DNA of 36,766 nt from Candidatus Methylomirabilota bacterium (GTDB lineage Bacteria; Methylomirabilota; Methylomirabilia; Rokubacteriales; CSP1-6), in assembly GCA_046726415.1 (NCBI GenBank), contig JBKPAK010000200.1, positions 1-36,766 on the forward strand. The letters are read 5' to 3'. Shown here piece by piece: positions 35,408 through 36,766 of the stretch. The stretch's first letter is position 1. Every line of letters starts with the position of its first letter. The notes under the pieces were generated by a model that did not search any database, had not been told where the DNA came from, and saw only the letters and a program-made list of their open reading frames with translations. The translations under genes were made by a program, and so were the position numbers.

Positions 35408-35408
35408 C

Positions 35409-35945
35409 CTAGACGGAGGCCGATCGGACGAGCAGCTCGGCCACGCGCCCGGTGATGACCTCCGCGCGCTCGAGCACCTCGGCAGGGGTCAGGCTCCCGA
35501 CCGGATGGGGAATCACCGCGTGCGGATAGCCAGGCAGCCCCGCCAGCTCGGCCATGGCGACGGCGGTGGGCACGAAGGGCTCGGTGATGACCACCGCCGC
35601 CGGAATGCCGCGCTTCTCGAACGAGATGGCGTCGAGCACACTGCCCGACGAGCACGACCCTCAATCGCCGATGGCGGTGATCACGGCGGCGCAGCGCTTG
35701 GCCAGCAGCTCGGAATCCTCCTCGCTCACCGGAGCGCTCGCGTTCGTCTTGGCCACCCGCACGATCTCGCCCGCGCCGTGGCGCGCGCGCAGCAGCTCGG
35801 CGATGCGGTCGAGGAGGGCCATGCCGTTGGATTTGCCATTGGCGAGCAGCCCGAGAGTGATTCCCCGCAGATCGTCCGGACGCGGGGCCGCCGAGACCGC
35901 ATTCGGCGACGCCGTGCGCAGGGTGGGATCGAGGATGCGCGTCAT
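35409..35945 (-). CDS. UGSC-family selenoprotein (178 aa, Sec at in-frame TGA 35661-35663)
   Basis: Two in-frame ORF-track fragments join via ...TAIGD-TGA-GGG-TCG-TGC (U-G-S-C); ATGA coupling to the upstream gene; SECIS-like hairpin follows. Confidence 0.85.
35630..35650 (-). promoter_or_regulatory. Candidate bacterial SECIS element
   Basis: CGUCGGGCA-GUG-UGCUCGACG: 9-bp stem (one G-U pair) starting at +11 after the UGA, with a G-first apical loop. Confidence 0.65.
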
Positions 35946-36766
35946 AATGGGACCTCCCTGGTGACGAAGGGAACGGAGCGGCCTCGACTCCACGAGGGGA
36001 AAAAGGCGGAATGGCCGCCAGCCTCCCCGCCGCCCACGCAGAGCAAGATGTCTTCCGGACCGAGCCCGCGATGCACCCGGACAGCCTCGTCCGCCTCGGT
36101 GACGCGCTCAGCGAGATCGTGATCGAGCATACCCTGGGGACCGGCGGCGGCATCCTGGTAGATCCACTCCAGCAGTTTCGGATTGGTGAAGAACGCGGGT
36201 TCGACCTTGCCGGCGCGCTTGAGAGCGGTGAGCGAGCGCCAGGCGTGCTCGTAGAGCCAGGCCTGAGTGCGGAGCCGATCCCAGCCGACGCGCCCGAGAT
36301 GCTGCGCATGCTCGGGGGCCAGCACGATGACCGAGCGGCCGGGGCTCAGGCTTCCGAGCCCGGCCATCGCGTCGGCGAACAGGGCAAGCAGGCGCTCCGG
36401 GGATCGCGTCCCGTGGGAAAGCACGTTGTGTCCGGACTCGGCCGCGTACACGGTGACAGTCGACTGGTCGGCGCGGAAGCCGCGAGCCACCGAGAGCGGC
36501 TCCCACGGACTTGCCTCCTCATTCTCGGCGAAGCACAGCGAGTATTTCCCCGGCCATCCTTGAGTCGACTTGTCGAGCACCCCGGGCCGGCAATCCAGGC
36601 AGTTCAGGAGAACCAGGCGAAGGGCGCGACCAATCGTCGCGTTGGCGCGAAACCCCGGCCCGAACAGATTGGCGGTGCCCTGGACGCCGAGGCGCCGCCG
36701 GACGGGGCCGTTCACGATCACCATGAGGGCTGCGCCGCCCGTGCTCGTGGCCGGACCGTGGAGCTC
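35942..36766 (-). CDS. Conserved hypothetical protein accompanying UGSC proteins (partial, runs off right edge)
   Basis: STGGAA.MVIVNGP, GPGFRANATIGRALRL, PGKYS.CFAENEEASPW, GGEAGGHS; frame is open to the window edge. Confidence 0.8.
   Translation of the reverse strand, partial: ELHGPATSTGGAALMVIVNGPVRRRLGVQGTANLFGPGFRANATIGRALRLVLLNCLDCRPGVLDKSTQGWPGKYSLCFAENEEASPWEPLSVARGFRADQSTVTVYAAESGHNVLSHGTRSPERLLALFADAMAGLGSLSPGRSVIVLAPEHAQHLGRVGWDRLRTQAWLYEHAWRSLTALKRAGKVEPAFFTNPKLLEWIYQDAAAGPQGMLDHDLAERVTEADEAVRVHRGLGPEDILLCVGGGEAGGHSAFFPSWSRGRSVPFVTREVPL

Noticed and set aside
1-36766. tRNA, rRNA, prophage or defence-system genes
   Set aside because: None recognisable; nearly all sequence is explained by metabolic, transport and signalling genes.

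Overview
High-GC bacterial window densely packed with aromatic-catabolism and transport genes. Gene content and repeat style suggest a Rokubacteria/Methylomirabilota-like soil organism (inference only). Left to right: partial cupin; MFS transporter; family III CoA-transferase; atypical HpaB-family flavoprotein; LigXa-like Rieske oxygenase; LigZ-like extradiol dioxygenase; collapsed epimerase remnant; DinB protein; gentisate-dioxygenase-like bicupin; five-gene peptide/nickel-type ABC transporter; a single-chain Cache-HAMP-PP2C-RsbW-STAS partner-switching protein behind a secreted tandem-ABM protein; an operon of phthaloyl-CoA-decarboxylase-like UbiD + LLM + frameshifted acyl-CoA ligase; a small zinc-ribbon ORF; alpha/beta hydrolase; second LLM; Liv-type ABC transporter; canonical HpaB; GNAT; SDR; an LLM relic; and a UGSC-motif selenoprotein (in-frame TGA followed by a SECIS-like hairpin) coupled to an uncharacterised partner gene. 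The strongest leads are the hidden selenoprotein module, the UbiD/CoA-ligase/LLM operon, the all-in-one partner switch with an internal start site, and a ~78-bp palindromic repeat family that sits in-frame in protein termini. Family assignments come from motifs and remembered sequence similarity; no database searches were run.
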